DNA of 25,966 nt from a virus (Duplodnaviria; Caudoviricetes), in IMG/VR virus record IMGVR_UViG_3300045557_000074, positions 1-25,966 of that record, one strand, 5' to 3'. This document shows positions 15,370 to 24,531 of this stretch, piece after piece; position 1 is the first letter of the stretch, and each line of letters begins with the position of its first letter. Under the pieces are notes generated by a model, which worked only from the letters and a program-made list of their open reading frames with translations, was not told the origin of the DNA and did no database searches. A program made the position numbers and the translations under genes.

Positions 15370-16573
15370 AAATAAGCAAGATTATCTGGAACAAAGAGAT
15401 GCATTGATTAATGTGGCACAAACACTTCATGATGATGGGAAAATTGATGAGTCAATTGCAAAGCAAAATGAAGTTAAGCAGCTTGATGATGCATGGGATG
15501 AATTTGCAAAAAACGAGGCAAACATCAATGCGCTAAAAGGCAACACAAAAGTGACGGATCTTGAAGACCATTCTGTAAACGTGAAAGGAGCAAAGGTAAT
15601 GGAGAAAAACAATCAAGAGGTAATATTCAACAAAGACAATGTGTATTCTTCGGAGGAATACAGAAACGCTTGGCTTAAGTCTTTACAAGGTAAGCCCTTA
15701 ACAGAAATTGAGCAAAAAGCATTTACAACTGCAACTGGCGAAGGTGCTGAGGTTGTGCCAACAGCAACTTCCGAAAAGATCATTACAAAGGTATACCAGA
15801 TCGCTCCAATACTTGAACACATGACAAATCTGTTCCACGTTCCCGGAAACTTGAAATGGGCTATTGAAGGAACAAACAATGATGCAGCTAAACACACAGA
15901 GAATGCAGCAATTACTCCAGCCGCTGATACAATGACTTCAATTACATTAGCAGCTTATGAAGTAGTTAAAGCATTAAGAGTCTCAAGAACAGTTTCAATA
16001 ATGGCAATTGATGCATTTGAGGACTTCATTGTTACACTATTAGCTCAAAACATTGCTAAGAAACTTGAAGCTATTGCATTCAACGGAACAGGAACAGGAG
16101 AAGGAACAGGATTAGTTAAGGCTGGTTCAGGCGCATCTGGTGCATATGTAGATAACACAGATCAAATATCAATAGCAGCTGCTACTGCAGTAACTGAAGC
16201 AGACGTACTGGCATGGTATGCTATGATAGGAAACTATCCAAACGCTAGGGCATATATGTCAAAAGCAACATTCCTTGCTTACTTCTATCCACTTATGAAC
16301 GTGGGCAAAAACATCTCAATCAAATTTGTAAATGGACAATTCTACATCATGGACGCTCCGGTATTCTTCACAAATACTCCAGCTAAGGGAATAGGGTATC
16401 TGGCAGCTATGGACCAGATGGTTGGAAACTTTGCTGAGGATATTAATGTAAGAAGATCATCTGAGTCTGGCTTCCTGAATAACTCTATTGACTACCTTGC
16501 TACATGCGCATTTGACTGCAAGCCTATTGTTGGTAATTCTGCATTTGCCAAATTTGTTAAGGCGCAGGCATAA
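15359..16573 (+). CDS. Major capsid protein, HK97 fold with N-terminal delta domain
   Basis: Coiled-coil N-terminus; GAEVVP; FNGTGTGEGTGL; position after the protease. Confidence 0.95.
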   Translation: MKFKNKQDYLEQRDALINVAQTLHDDGKIDESIAKQNEVKQLDDAWDEFAKNEANINALKGNTKVTDLEDHSVNVKGAKVMEKNNQEVIFNKDNVYSSEEYRNAWLKSLQGKPLTEIEQKAFTTATGEGAEVVPTATSEKIITKVYQIAPILEHMTNLFHVPGNLKWAIEGTNNDAAKHTENAAITPAADTMTSITLAAYEVVKALRVSRTVSIMAIDAFEDFIVTLLAQNIAKKLEAIAFNGTGTGEGTGLVKAGSGASGAYVDNTDQISIAAATAVTEADVLAWYAMIGNYPNARAYMSKATFLAYFYPLMNVGKNISIKFVNGQFYIMDAPVFFTNTPAKGIGYLAAMDQMVGNFAEDINVRRSSESGFLNNSIDYLATCAFDCKPIVGNSAFAKFVKAQA

Positions 16574-16578
16574 TATGC

Positions 16579-16601
16579 GGGGCGTTAATTCGCCCCTTTT
16601 T
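16579..16601 (+). terminator. Intrinsic terminator after the capsid gene
   Basis: GGGGCG-TTAATT-CGCCCC-TTTTT. Confidence 0.85.
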
Positions 16602-16617
16602 ATAAGGCGGTGATCAA

Positions 16618-16908
16618 ATGGCTTTATTGGATGAAGTTAAGCAATTGCTAAGAATAACCAATACCGCAAGCGATGTGGAAATATTGGATTTAATAGAACA
16701 GGCCAAGGTGGACATGAGCATCAGCGGTGTGAAAATGGTTGATGAAACAAATGCGGCAATAAAAAGAGCGATTAAAACATTTTGCAAGGCTAATTTCGGA
16801 CTAAATAATGAGGACAGCGAAAAATATCAGGATAGCTATGACATACAGGTGATTAAATTATCCTTATGCAGTGATTATAATACGGGTGATGCTTATGTTA
16901 TTCAGTGA
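16618..16908 (+). CDS. Head-tail connector (gp6-like)
   Basis: LLDEVKQLLRI...LIEQAK...RAIKTFCKANFG; synteny. Confidence 0.88.
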   Translation: MALLDEVKQLLRITNTASDVEILDLIEQAKVDMSISGVKMVDETNAAIKRAIKTFCKANFGLNNEDSEKYQDSYDIQVIKLSLCSDYNTGDAYVIQ

Positions 16909-17194
16909 TGTTATTAATCTGGTGAAAATTACTAACTCCAAGAATGAATATTTTGATATTGTCCAGACAGAAACAAAAAGACAAGTGTATGCAAATAAAA
17001 AAAGCATAAAGATGTCTGAATTCTACCAAGCTCAGGTTGTCGGAATGAAACCTGAGCTTATATTTGAAATATGGGCAAATGAGTATGAGGGCGAGGAATA
17101 TATTGAGTTTGATGGTATCAAGTACAAGATCATCAGAACATACATGAAAAATGTTGATATATTAGAGCTTGTTGTAAGTAAGGGAGTGATCTGA
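16895..17194 (+). CDS. Head closure / head-tail adaptor protein
   Basis: VYANKKSIKMSEFYQAQVVGMKPE...KYKIIRTY; synteny. Confidence 0.88.
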   Translation: MLFSDVINLVKITNSKNEYFDIVQTETKRQVYANKKSIKMSEFYQAQVVGMKPELIFEIWANEYEGEEYIEFDGIKYKIIRTYMKNVDILELVVSKGVI

Positions 17195-17625
17195 TGGCTG
17201 TTCCGAGTCCTATAAAATATAAGAAAGATGGAATTGAATATGTCAGCCAGGTAGACAGAGTTAATTACACAATCAACGAATTGACAAGAGCTGCTTTAAA
17301 AGACTGCGGAAAATTCATCTGCAGAGCTACAAGACTGGGTATCCGTAAAAGGACCGGAAGGCTTGCGAAGAATGTTCAGTACTGGGTTAGGAAAAAAGAA
17401 ACAGACTTGTTGGTTGGATTTAAACCTGGAGGATTTTATGGAATCTTTCAGGAACTAGGAGCTCCTGAAAGAGGCATTCCAAAGACAGGCGCCTTGAGAA
17501 ATGCTGTTTCTGAAAACATTGATAAAATAAGAGAAATCCAGGGCATGTATTTAAGTGCAATTGAAGATGAAAACAAAGCACTGGGAATAATAGCGGAGCA
17601 AGAAGAAGTGGGTGATGGCAATTAA
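17194..17625 (+). CDS. HK97 gp10-like neck/tail protein
   Basis: KRTGRLAKN...FYGIFQELG; synteny. Confidence 0.85.
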   Translation: MAVPSPIKYKKDGIEYVSQVDRVNYTINELTRAALKDCGKFICRATRLGIRKRTGRLAKNVQYWVRKKETDLLVGFKPGGFYGIFQELGAPERGIPKTGALRNAVSENIDKIREIQGMYLSAIEDENKALGIIAEQEEVGDGN

Positions 17626-17986
17626 AACAAATATTTTAAAAAAATTCATAGGTGAACTGCTTGAAACCAAATGTAGCAATGTATATTACGAAATTGCTGA
17701 CAATACCAGTAATTTTCCTTATTTAACATTTTTTATTGATGTTTTCAGCATTGGAGACAGAGAAGACAAGCAGCTGGAAATAAACATTTACGGCAAAGAT
17801 GTTGAAGTAGCCGAAAATATTGCAGACGGCATTTGCAATATATTTAAAAACTATAAATATGTGGATGAAAACATGTTGATATTTACAAATGTCAATGCCA
17901 GGAATTCCATAGAGCTTGATGACAAAACAATCAAGCGCCGAAGGTTATTAATAGATTTATATTTTTATGATAGGAGTGTGAGTTAA
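17615..17986 (+). CDS. Tail terminator/completion protein
   Basis: VYYEIAD...FPYLTF; synteny before the major tail gene. Confidence 0.8.
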   Translation: MAIKTNILKKFIGELLETKCSNVYYEIADNTSNFPYLTFFIDVFSIGDREDKQLEINIYGKDVEVAENIADGICNIFKNYKYVDENMLIFTNVNARNSIELDDKTIKRRRLLIDLYFYDRSVS

Positions 17987-18588
17987 TGGGTTTACTTAAA
18001 AGTTTGAGCGGATATACGTCCAAGACGGCCGAAAATCTTGTCCTGGATGCCGGAGCTTTTTTCAAGAATTTTGATGTTAAGACTGATACTTATGATACTG
18101 CGGTTACTGGCGGCAAGCTGCTGGGCGCTACCAGGGGCGGAGGAAACTTTAATGCGACACCAACGGTGAGGCAGATTGAAGTTGATGGAGTAAAGGGTAA
18201 GGCTAAGGGACTGACGGTTATAGACTCATGGGACGTAACCATGACCGCTAATATGCTGGAGGTTACTATTGAAAGTCTAAAGCTGTCTTTGGCAAGCGCG
18301 ACATCTGCTGTAGATGCTGTGAATTATCCAGGATACACACAGATTAAGGCTAATAACTATATTGCCCTTGCTGATTATATTGACAACATAACGTGGGTAG
18401 GTACAATAAGCGGATCTGACAAGCCGGTTATTATTCAGATACTTAACGTATTGAATACTAATGGATTGAGTATCCAGACGCAGGATAAAAGCGAGGTTGT
18501 AACGGCCTTGACTTTAACCGGTCATTACGATGACACAGATTTGGACAGCCCACCGTTTGCTATTTACTATCCAACGCCAGCTGCTTAA
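17986..18588 (+). CDS. Major tail tube protein
   Basis: LVLDAGAFF...LGATRGGGNF...RQIEVDG; 200 aa; synteny. Confidence 0.88.
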   Translation: MGLLKSLSGYTSKTAENLVLDAGAFFKNFDVKTDTYDTAVTGGKLLGATRGGGNFNATPTVRQIEVDGVKGKAKGLTVIDSWDVTMTANMLEVTIESLKLSLASATSAVDAVNYPGYTQIKANNYIALADYIDNITWVGTISGSDKPVIIQILNVLNTNGLSIQTQDKSEVVTALTLTGHYDDTDLDSPPFAIYYPTPAA

Positions 18589-18598
18589 GAGGTGAAAT

Positions 18599-18961
18599 AT
18601 GAGGAAGCTAAATACACAGGATCTATTTAATTTTACTAAGGTAATGAAGGCTGCAAACTTGAAAGAGGAGTTGCAGCCTCTTTTTTTAAAAGGAAAGGAT
18701 ATAAAAAATAATACAGATACAAATGAAGATCAAATAAAGCAAATTGGAATTGAGGCAATATTAACTGTTATTGAAGCATCCGGCAATGCTGGTGTTGAGG
18801 ATAAGGTATATAAATTTTTATCCGGGCCGTTTGAAATGGATGAAAAGGCTATTGCTGAATTAAGTATTGAGGCAGTGTTTGAAAAGTTTGAACAATTAGC
18901 AGATGAAAATAACATAAGTATTTTTTTCAAGCGTGCAGCAAATTTGATGAAACAGAAGTAA
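18599..18961 (+). CDS. Tail assembly chaperone (gpG-like)
   Basis: Between the tail tube and tape measure genes; slippery T-TTT-TTC near the 3' end. Confidence 0.85.
   Translation: MRKLNTQDLFNFTKVMKAANLKEELQPLFLKGKDIKNNTDTNEDQIKQIGIEAILTVIEASGNAGVEDKVYKFLSGPFEMDEKAIAELSIEAVFEKFEQLADENNISIFFKRAANLMKQK
18922..18928 (+). other. -1 programmed ribosomal frameshift site
   Basis: In-frame X-XXY-YYZ heptamer T TTT TTC; -1 frame is open into the next ORF. Confidence 0.8.
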
Positions 18962-19215
18962 TGGATTTGCTGCTTAGCAGATATGGCTATATCAGTTCAG
19001 TAATGGCCATGGATTTTGAGGATGGAATAGAACTTATAAACAAAGCTAGGGAGAAAAGTCTTGAAGATAAGATGTTTTTAAGATGGATTCCGTACCAGGA
19101 AAGCATAAGCTTTTTTGATTTCAAAAATGGACTGTTATCATCATCAAAAAAAGAAAGTAAAGATGAGATTCTTGACAAAGTTAAGAAGATTTTAGAATTG
19201 AAGGTAGGTGAGTAA
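18961..19215 (+). CDS. Tail assembly chaperone C-terminal part (gpT-like), probably expressed as a frameshift fusion
   Basis: -1 frame relative to the upstream ORF; no clear RBS before ATG 18961. Confidence 0.8.
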   Translation: MDLLLSRYGYISSVMAMDFEDGIELINKAREKSLEDKMFLRWIPYQESISFFDFKNGLLSSSKKESKDEILDKVKKILELKVGE

Positions 19216-20745
19216 ATGAACATATTTACGCTTACAGGAACAATATTTGTTGACAGTGAAAAGGCCAATGAGAGCATAAGTAAGACTGAAGAAAAAAGCA
19301 AAAGTTTATCTGAAAAGCTAGGTGATGGCATTAAAACAGCCGGGGCATGGGCACTTGGCATAGGTGCTGCAGCTGCAGCGGTAGGTGGTGCTATGCTTGG
19401 TGTTGCATCTAACAGTGCCGAAACAACTGACAGAATAGACAAAATGAGTTCTAAAATTGGACTCAGTAAAACAGCTTTTCAGGAATGGGACTATGTTCTC
19501 GGTCAAAACGGAATGGATATTGGCAAGCTGGAAACAGGCATGAAAACACTGACTGCAGCAATGGAAAGCGCCCAAGGTGGAACAGCCAGCTCAATAGAAA
19601 ACTTCAAGACTTTGGGACTGACATGGGAAGATGGTAATGGAAAACTGAAAAGTCAAGAAGAAATGATGAATGAAACAATAATTGCTCTTGCCAATATGGA
19701 GAACGGCACTGAGAAGGCAAGGCTTGCGACTGAGCTATTTGGAAAGGCCGGAGTTGATATGATGCCAATGCTCAACGGAGGAGCAGAAGGTATAGAAGAG
19801 CTCAAGAACAGGGCACATGAATTAGGACTTGTAATGTCAGACGAATCAGTTACAGCTGGTGTTGTTCTTGGAGACACGATGGATGATGTTAAAAAGAGCT
19901 TCGGTGCTGTCGCTACGCAAATTGGAGTATCTGTAATGCCGATGGTACAACTGATGTTGAACTGGATATTGGAAAACATGCCTGTTATTCAGGAAACTGT
20001 GGGTAATGTTGTTGGATTTATTCAAACAGCAATATCTGTCTTGGTTGCAGTATGGGAAGAACATGGAGAAACCATTAAGTCTGTGACAAGCGCTGTCTTT
20101 TCTGTAATTCAGACAGTTATTGAAACTGCCATGGGAGTAATTCAAGGCATTATTGATGTAGTTATGGGAATCATCAGCGGTGATTGGAGCAGGGCATGGG
20201 AAGGAGTAAAAGTAATCTTTAAAACTGTTTGGGATGGCATGGCCAGTCTTCTTCCTGGCCTCATTGAAGCTATATACACTATAGTCCGCGGTACTTTTGA
20301 TACGTTCAAAGGCCTTGGCAAAAGTATGATTGATTATGTGTGGGATGGCATGAAGAGCGTATGGACAAATATTTCTAATTGGGTTAGCGAAAAGGTTAAG
20401 TGGTTAGCTGATAAATTGGCATTTTGGCGAAGTGGAAACAGTGAAATTAGCGGTGCACAAAGTACTGCAAGCACCCCATCGCCAGCTGTCAATGGCAGCC
20501 ATGCAGCCGGATTAGCCTATGTTCCTTATAATGGCTATATTGCCCAGCTACATGAAGGAGAAAGAGTATTAACCAAAGATGAAAATAAGGATTTTGCAAG
20601 TAATAATACAGTTGATAGACAGATTGCATTCAATTTAAACATAGGAACTCTGGTGGCCGATGATTACGGATTAAAACAACTGGAAAGAAAATTGCGTGAA
20701 ATAAGAATTGCTGAAGATAACAGAATGGGAGTGAGTCTGGCATGA
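19216..20745 (+). CDS. Tape measure protein (short, 509 aa)
   Basis: DRIDKMSSKIGLS, LATELFGKAG, periodic W/F helical repeats, GSHAAGLAYVPYNGYIAQLHEGERVLT. Confidence 0.93.
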   Translation: MNIFTLTGTIFVDSEKANESISKTEEKSKSLSEKLGDGIKTAGAWALGIGAAAAAVGGAMLGVASNSAETTDRIDKMSSKIGLSKTAFQEWDYVLGQNGMDIGKLETGMKTLTAAMESAQGGTASSIENFKTLGLTWEDGNGKLKSQEEMMNETIIALANMENGTEKARLATELFGKAGVDMMPMLNGGAEGIEELKNRAHELGLVMSDESVTAGVVLGDTMDDVKKSFGAVATQIGVSVMPMVQLMLNWILENMPVIQETVGNVVGFIQTAISVLVAVWEEHGETIKSVTSAVFSVIQTVIETAMGVIQGIIDVVMGIISGDWSRAWEGVKVIFKTVWDGMASLLPGLIEAIYTIVRGTFDTFKGLGKSMIDYVWDGMKSVWTNISNWVSEKVKWLADKLAFWRSGNSEISGAQSTASTPSPAVNGSHAAGLAYVPYNGYIAQLHEGERVLTKDENKDFASNNTVDRQIAFNLNIGTLVADDYGLKQLERKLREIRIAEDNRMGVSLA

Positions 20746-21080
20746 AAATAAATAATATAACAGTACAAGCGCCCTTAGCAGAAAATTTTAAAGTTGATCC
20801 GGTAGAACATTGTAAAACAGCTAGAACAGCAAGCGGCCGATTAGTTAAAGATATCATTGCGGTGAAAAACAAATTTTCATTAACCTACAGAGGGTTAAGA
20901 TACAATGACTATAAAGTTTTTCATGATGCATTTATAGCTGGTAATCCTGTTGGATTTTCCTATGATGATAATGGGCTTGAGAAAACTGCTACAGTATTTA
21001 TTATGTCAATGCCAAGAGGTATTTACCAGGATATTTCAACTGTAAGTCATAGTATAACTATAACCATGGAAGAGGTATAA
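20742..21080 (+). CDS. Distal tail (Dit-like) protein
   Basis: ARTASGRLVKDIIAVKNKFSLTY; follows the tape measure gene. Confidence 0.75.
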   Translation: MKINNITVQAPLAENFKVDPVEHCKTARTASGRLVKDIIAVKNKFSLTYRGLRYNDYKVFHDAFIAGNPVGFSYDDNGLEKTATVFIMSMPRGIYQDISTVSHSITITMEEV

Positions 21081-21083
21081 GAC

Positions 21084-22928
21084 ATGTTTTCAGTAAGCAG
21101 CGAATACACAAGCAGCATGAAAGCTGATAAAAGACGAATATACGGCAAGGTCCAGATAGATTACACAGATCCTTTCCTGGATCAGTCAATAAGCGTTGCT
21201 GCAAACGAAGAGGCAAACATATCTTTCCCGGATCAGACCGCCGACAATGTCCAGGAACCGGCTGGCAAGATAGCAAGTCTTGATGGCTCCTGGGTGCTGG
21301 ATGGCACCTATTCCCTGGCTCCTGTTGATGGTATAGGTCAAATGGGATGGTGGGGAAGTCAGCTAGCTGGATTCGGAGGAGCATTCATTGCACCCTACCC
21401 GACTTTAACGGTGACTTTCCTTCCTAGGCCAATTACAAAGCTAAAGGTTGTTGGTGACGCTGTAAGGGGTGAGTATCCATTAGACTTTACTATCAAGCTT
21501 TATGGAGCAGCTGATGTCTTGCTGCACACAGAGTCTGTGGCGGCAAATTCACTCATATCGTGGAATAAAGTTATGAGCAGTGCAATTACCCAAGTTGTAA
21601 AGATGGTACTTGAAATAATGAAATGGAGCCATGAGGGAAGACAATGCAAGATAGTTGAGTTTTTTACATCCATACAGGAAGTCTATGAAGGCGATGACAT
21701 CCTAATGATCAATGTGCTTGAGGAAAGGGAAATTGGAGAAGGTTCATTGCCGGTTGGAAATATCTCAGCCAATGAAATTGACATAAGGTTGTATAATGCA
21801 AACAGAAAATTTGATGCTGGCAACACTCAAAGTCCACTTTACCAAACATTGAAACAAAACAGGAGAATCAAGGCATGGTTGGGAGTCAACACATCGACCG
21901 GCAAAGAATATATTCCTTTAGGAGTATTCTGGTCCGGAGACTGGAATGTACCTGAGCAGAATGTGTATGCCCAGACTACCGGCAGGGACAGACTTGAAAT
22001 ACTTAGAAAATCTACATACAGCACTTCACAGGTGCAGATCAATCAGACATTATACAGCCTGGCCGTTGCAGTATTGGACGATGCCGGGCTGACTGAAGAT
22101 GAATATTTTGTTGACACGGAGCTGCAGGAATATCTTGTTCCGTATAGTTATTTCGAAGATCAGTCGCATCGTGAGGCTTTAAGAAAAATAGCTGAAGCTT
22201 GCCTAGGGCAGGTTTATTGTGACAGAAACGGAGTAATCCGAATTGAAGGCCCGTCATATTTACAGTCTCAAACCGTGCCGGTTGATACCTTGACAGGAGA
22301 CGATTACTTCAGCAAGGATAACCCAGTCAAGTGGAGTGAAGTTGCAAACTATATAGAGGTGGAAACACAACCCTTGCGCCCTGATGTTCTTCAGGAGGTT
22401 TACAGATCAAACGAAGCCGTCAGTATAGCAGCAGGAGAAACAAAGACTGTCACGGCATATTACAATAATGCTCCATGCATAAATGCAGCAGCTAGTTTGT
22501 CCGGAACAGGATCCATAACAAGCGTAACATATTATGCATGGGGAGCAACGGTTAAAGTATACAGTGTTACAGCAGGAACATTCCAACTGATTATCAATGC
22601 TCAGCCTCTTAAAATATTGAACAAGGACAAGGTGGTTCGCCAGGATGCAGACTCAATCGTTGATATGGGAACCTTAAAGTATACTTATCCAGGCAATTCT
22701 CTGGTGCAGACTGTGGCTGTTGCAGAAATTATTGCTGACAGGCTGCTTGCATATTACAAAAATCCTCGAAGAGATGTTGAAGTGGACTGGAGAGGCAACC
22801 CAGCAATGCTCCTGGGAGACAGGGTGACTGTGACAGATAAGCTGGAGCAGAATGATTATTTTGTAATTAAACAGGAGCTGGAATTTAACGGCGCATTGAA
22901 TGCAAAATTAAGCGGAAGGAAGGTGTAG
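21084..22928 (+). CDS. Baseplate hub / tail tip (Tal-like) protein
   Basis: GNISANEIDIRL, EYIPLGVFW, REALRKIAEACLGQVYCDRNG, WRGNPAMLLGD. Confidence 0.85.
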   Translation: MFSVSSEYTSSMKADKRRIYGKVQIDYTDPFLDQSISVAANEEANISFPDQTADNVQEPAGKIASLDGSWVLDGTYSLAPVDGIGQMGWWGSQLAGFGGAFIAPYPTLTVTFLPRPITKLKVVGDAVRGEYPLDFTIKLYGAADVLLHTESVAANSLISWNKVMSSAITQVVKMVLEIMKWSHEGRQCKIVEFFTSIQEVYEGDDILMINVLEEREIGEGSLPVGNISANEIDIRLYNANRKFDAGNTQSPLYQTLKQNRRIKAWLGVNTSTGKEYIPLGVFWSGDWNVPEQNVYAQTTGRDRLEILRKSTYSTSQVQINQTLYSLAVAVLDDAGLTEDEYFVDTELQEYLVPYSYFEDQSHREALRKIAEACLGQVYCDRNGVIRIEGPSYLQSQTVPVDTLTGDDYFSKDNPVKWSEVANYIEVETQPLRPDVLQEVYRSNEAVSIAAGETKTVTAYYNNAPCINAAASLSGTGSITSVTYYAWGATVKVYSVTAGTFQLIINAQPLKILNKDKVVRQDADSIVDMGTLKYTYPGNSLVQTVAVAEIIADRLLAYYKNPRRDVEVDWRGNPAMLLGDRVTVTDKLEQNDYFVIKQELEFNGALNAKLSGRKV

Positions 22929-22930
22929 TT

Positions 22931-23038
22931 ATGTTTGAAACACCTAAAACAGACTGGAGTGGAAATGATCCTATAAGCTATGAAGCATTTCAGAGGATGG
23001 AAAAAAACATTAAATACTTGCAAGTGTTATTAGGGTAG
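22931..23038 (+). CDS. 35-aa mini-protein paralogous to the tail fibre N-terminus (not in ORF track)
   Basis: RBS GGAAGGTG; MFETPKTDWSGNDPISYEAFQRMEKNIKYLQVLLG. Confidence 0.75.
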   Translation: MFETPKTDWSGNDPISYEAFQRMEKNIKYLQVLLG

Positions 23039-23046
23039 GTGATAAA

Positions 23047-24003
23047 ATGCCATGGACAAATCCTAAAACAGATTGGGATACGAATCCTACAAATCCACTT
23101 CCTAGTGATTTCAATAGGATTGAAGAAAACATAGATTTTTTAAAAACTGATATTGAATCGAAAAAAGGTCTGATAGTGGACGCACTGAACAGCGTCGGGA
23201 TAGCTGCTTTAATAGCTGATACTCATGTGCAGCTGGCAAGCAAAATAACCGGCGCAAAGAAAACAGGCATAAGTATAACACCAGGAACGGTAAACCAGGA
23301 GATTCCAAAAGGCATTTATGATACCGGAGGCGGCACCGTCCTTGGAGATCCGGATTTGATTTCAGCAAATATAAAGTCCGGGATAAACATATTTGGTGTT
23401 GTCGGTAGTTCATCCGTTGTTGACACTTCAGACGCTACAATAGCAACTGGTGATGTATTGTCTGGTAAAACAGGATACAAAAACGGTGCTAAAATCACTG
23501 GAAATATACCAAGTAAAGTGGCAGCAGTAATAACACCAAGTGCAGTAAACCAACAAATAGCAGCTGGTCAATACTTATCAGGGATACAAACAATAGTTGG
23601 AAGTGCTAACTTGAGTGCAAGCAATATAAAAAGCGGTGTTAATATATTTGGTGTTGTAGGAACGATGACACCTGTTCCAGTTGTAACATCATCAGATTTT
23701 TCTATTAGTAGTATAAGCTCAAGTGGTGTCAAAGGAATCTCAGTTGCATCATTCCCTATGACAATTAATGATATACTGGGATATATTTATCTTTCGTCTG
23801 CGAGTGGCGGTAAATTTTATATCAATGGAACTGGCACAGTTTATATAAAAGATATGGGAACTGGATTTTATACCTCATTACCTATCACAATGGAGGGCTC
23901 CACATCATCAAATATTTTGATTTTTAATCCGTCAAGAAATAGTATTACAATATCAAAAGATGCAACTGGTATATCAATAACTTATCATAGATTAATTAAA
24001 TAA
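23047..24003 (+). CDS. Tail fibre / receptor-binding protein
   Basis: PKTDW...DFNRIEENI anchor; two ITP...NIKSG(I/V)NIFGVVG repeats; Ser/Ile-rich C-terminus. Confidence 0.85.
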   Translation: MPWTNPKTDWDTNPTNPLPSDFNRIEENIDFLKTDIESKKGLIVDALNSVGIAALIADTHVQLASKITGAKKTGISITPGTVNQEIPKGIYDTGGGTVLGDPDLISANIKSGINIFGVVGSSSVVDTSDATIATGDVLSGKTGYKNGAKITGNIPSKVAAVITPSAVNQQIAAGQYLSGIQTIVGSANLSASNIKSGVNIFGVVGTMTPVPVVTSSDFSISSISSSGVKGISVASFPMTINDILGYIYLSSASGGKFYINGTGTVYIKDMGTGFYTSLPITMEGSTSSNILIFNPSRNSITISKDATGISITYHRLIK

Positions 24004-24022
24004 TTCATGTGGAGGCAATAAA

Positions 24023-24382
24023 ATGATTAAGGCTATAAATATAGAAAATTCAAGAAATAGTGTGGTAAGAGTTTTATCAATTGCAGACGAAAGTGTTATT
24101 GAAGAAAATCCGACGACACTTGATTACATTTTAATTACTGACTACACGGAACCCCCCGCATCAAGTAACCCAATGGCGGTAAACTATCCGATGTATGATA
24201 AGGTAAATAAGAAATTCAAGTGGAAGCAAATTGCCTACCAAAATACAGCCACGGAGGAGTTGCTGGAAATTGAGAATTTAAAAACAGAAAATTTAGCATT
24301 AAAAGTTGACCTTGCAGCCGCAAACGACAGCATAAACATGTTAATTGAACTGCAGGCTGACATGATTGGAGGCGCCATTTAA
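24023..24382 (+). CDS. Hypothetical protein, probable fibre-associated chaperone (XkdW-like position)
   Basis: RBS GGAGG; C-terminal coiled coil EIENLKTENLALKVDLA. Confidence 0.7.
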   Translation: MIKAINIENSRNSVVRVLSIADESVIEENPTTLDYILITDYTEPPASSNPMAVNYPMYDKVNKKFKWKQIAYQNTATEELLEIENLKTENLALKVDLAAANDSINMLIELQADMIGGAI

Positions 24383-24531
24383 TGACGGCAATTCAGAAAA
24401 GAGTAATAGTTGCAGGAATTAAAATTAAGCTGGTTAGGGGTGAAGATTTGGAAGTAATTCTAGAAGCATATGTAAATCTGACTGATGAAGAGAAACAAGA
24501 AATAAGCGAAGCTATAGGAGGGATTATATGA
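24382..24531 (+). CDS. Small protein, 49 aa (XkdX-like position; not in ORF track)
   Basis: RBS GGAGG; MTAIQKRVIVAGIKIKLVRGEDLEVILEAYVNLTDEEKQEISEAIGGII; TAATG and ATGA overlaps. Confidence 0.78.
   Translation: MTAIQKRVIVAGIKIKLVRGEDLEVILEAYVNLTDEEKQEISEAIGGII

Noticed and set aside
22931-24003. Diversity-generating retroelement or shufflon acting on the tail fibre
   Set aside because: No reverse transcriptase, no adenine-specific template/variable repeat pair and no inverted alternative tips seen in the window.
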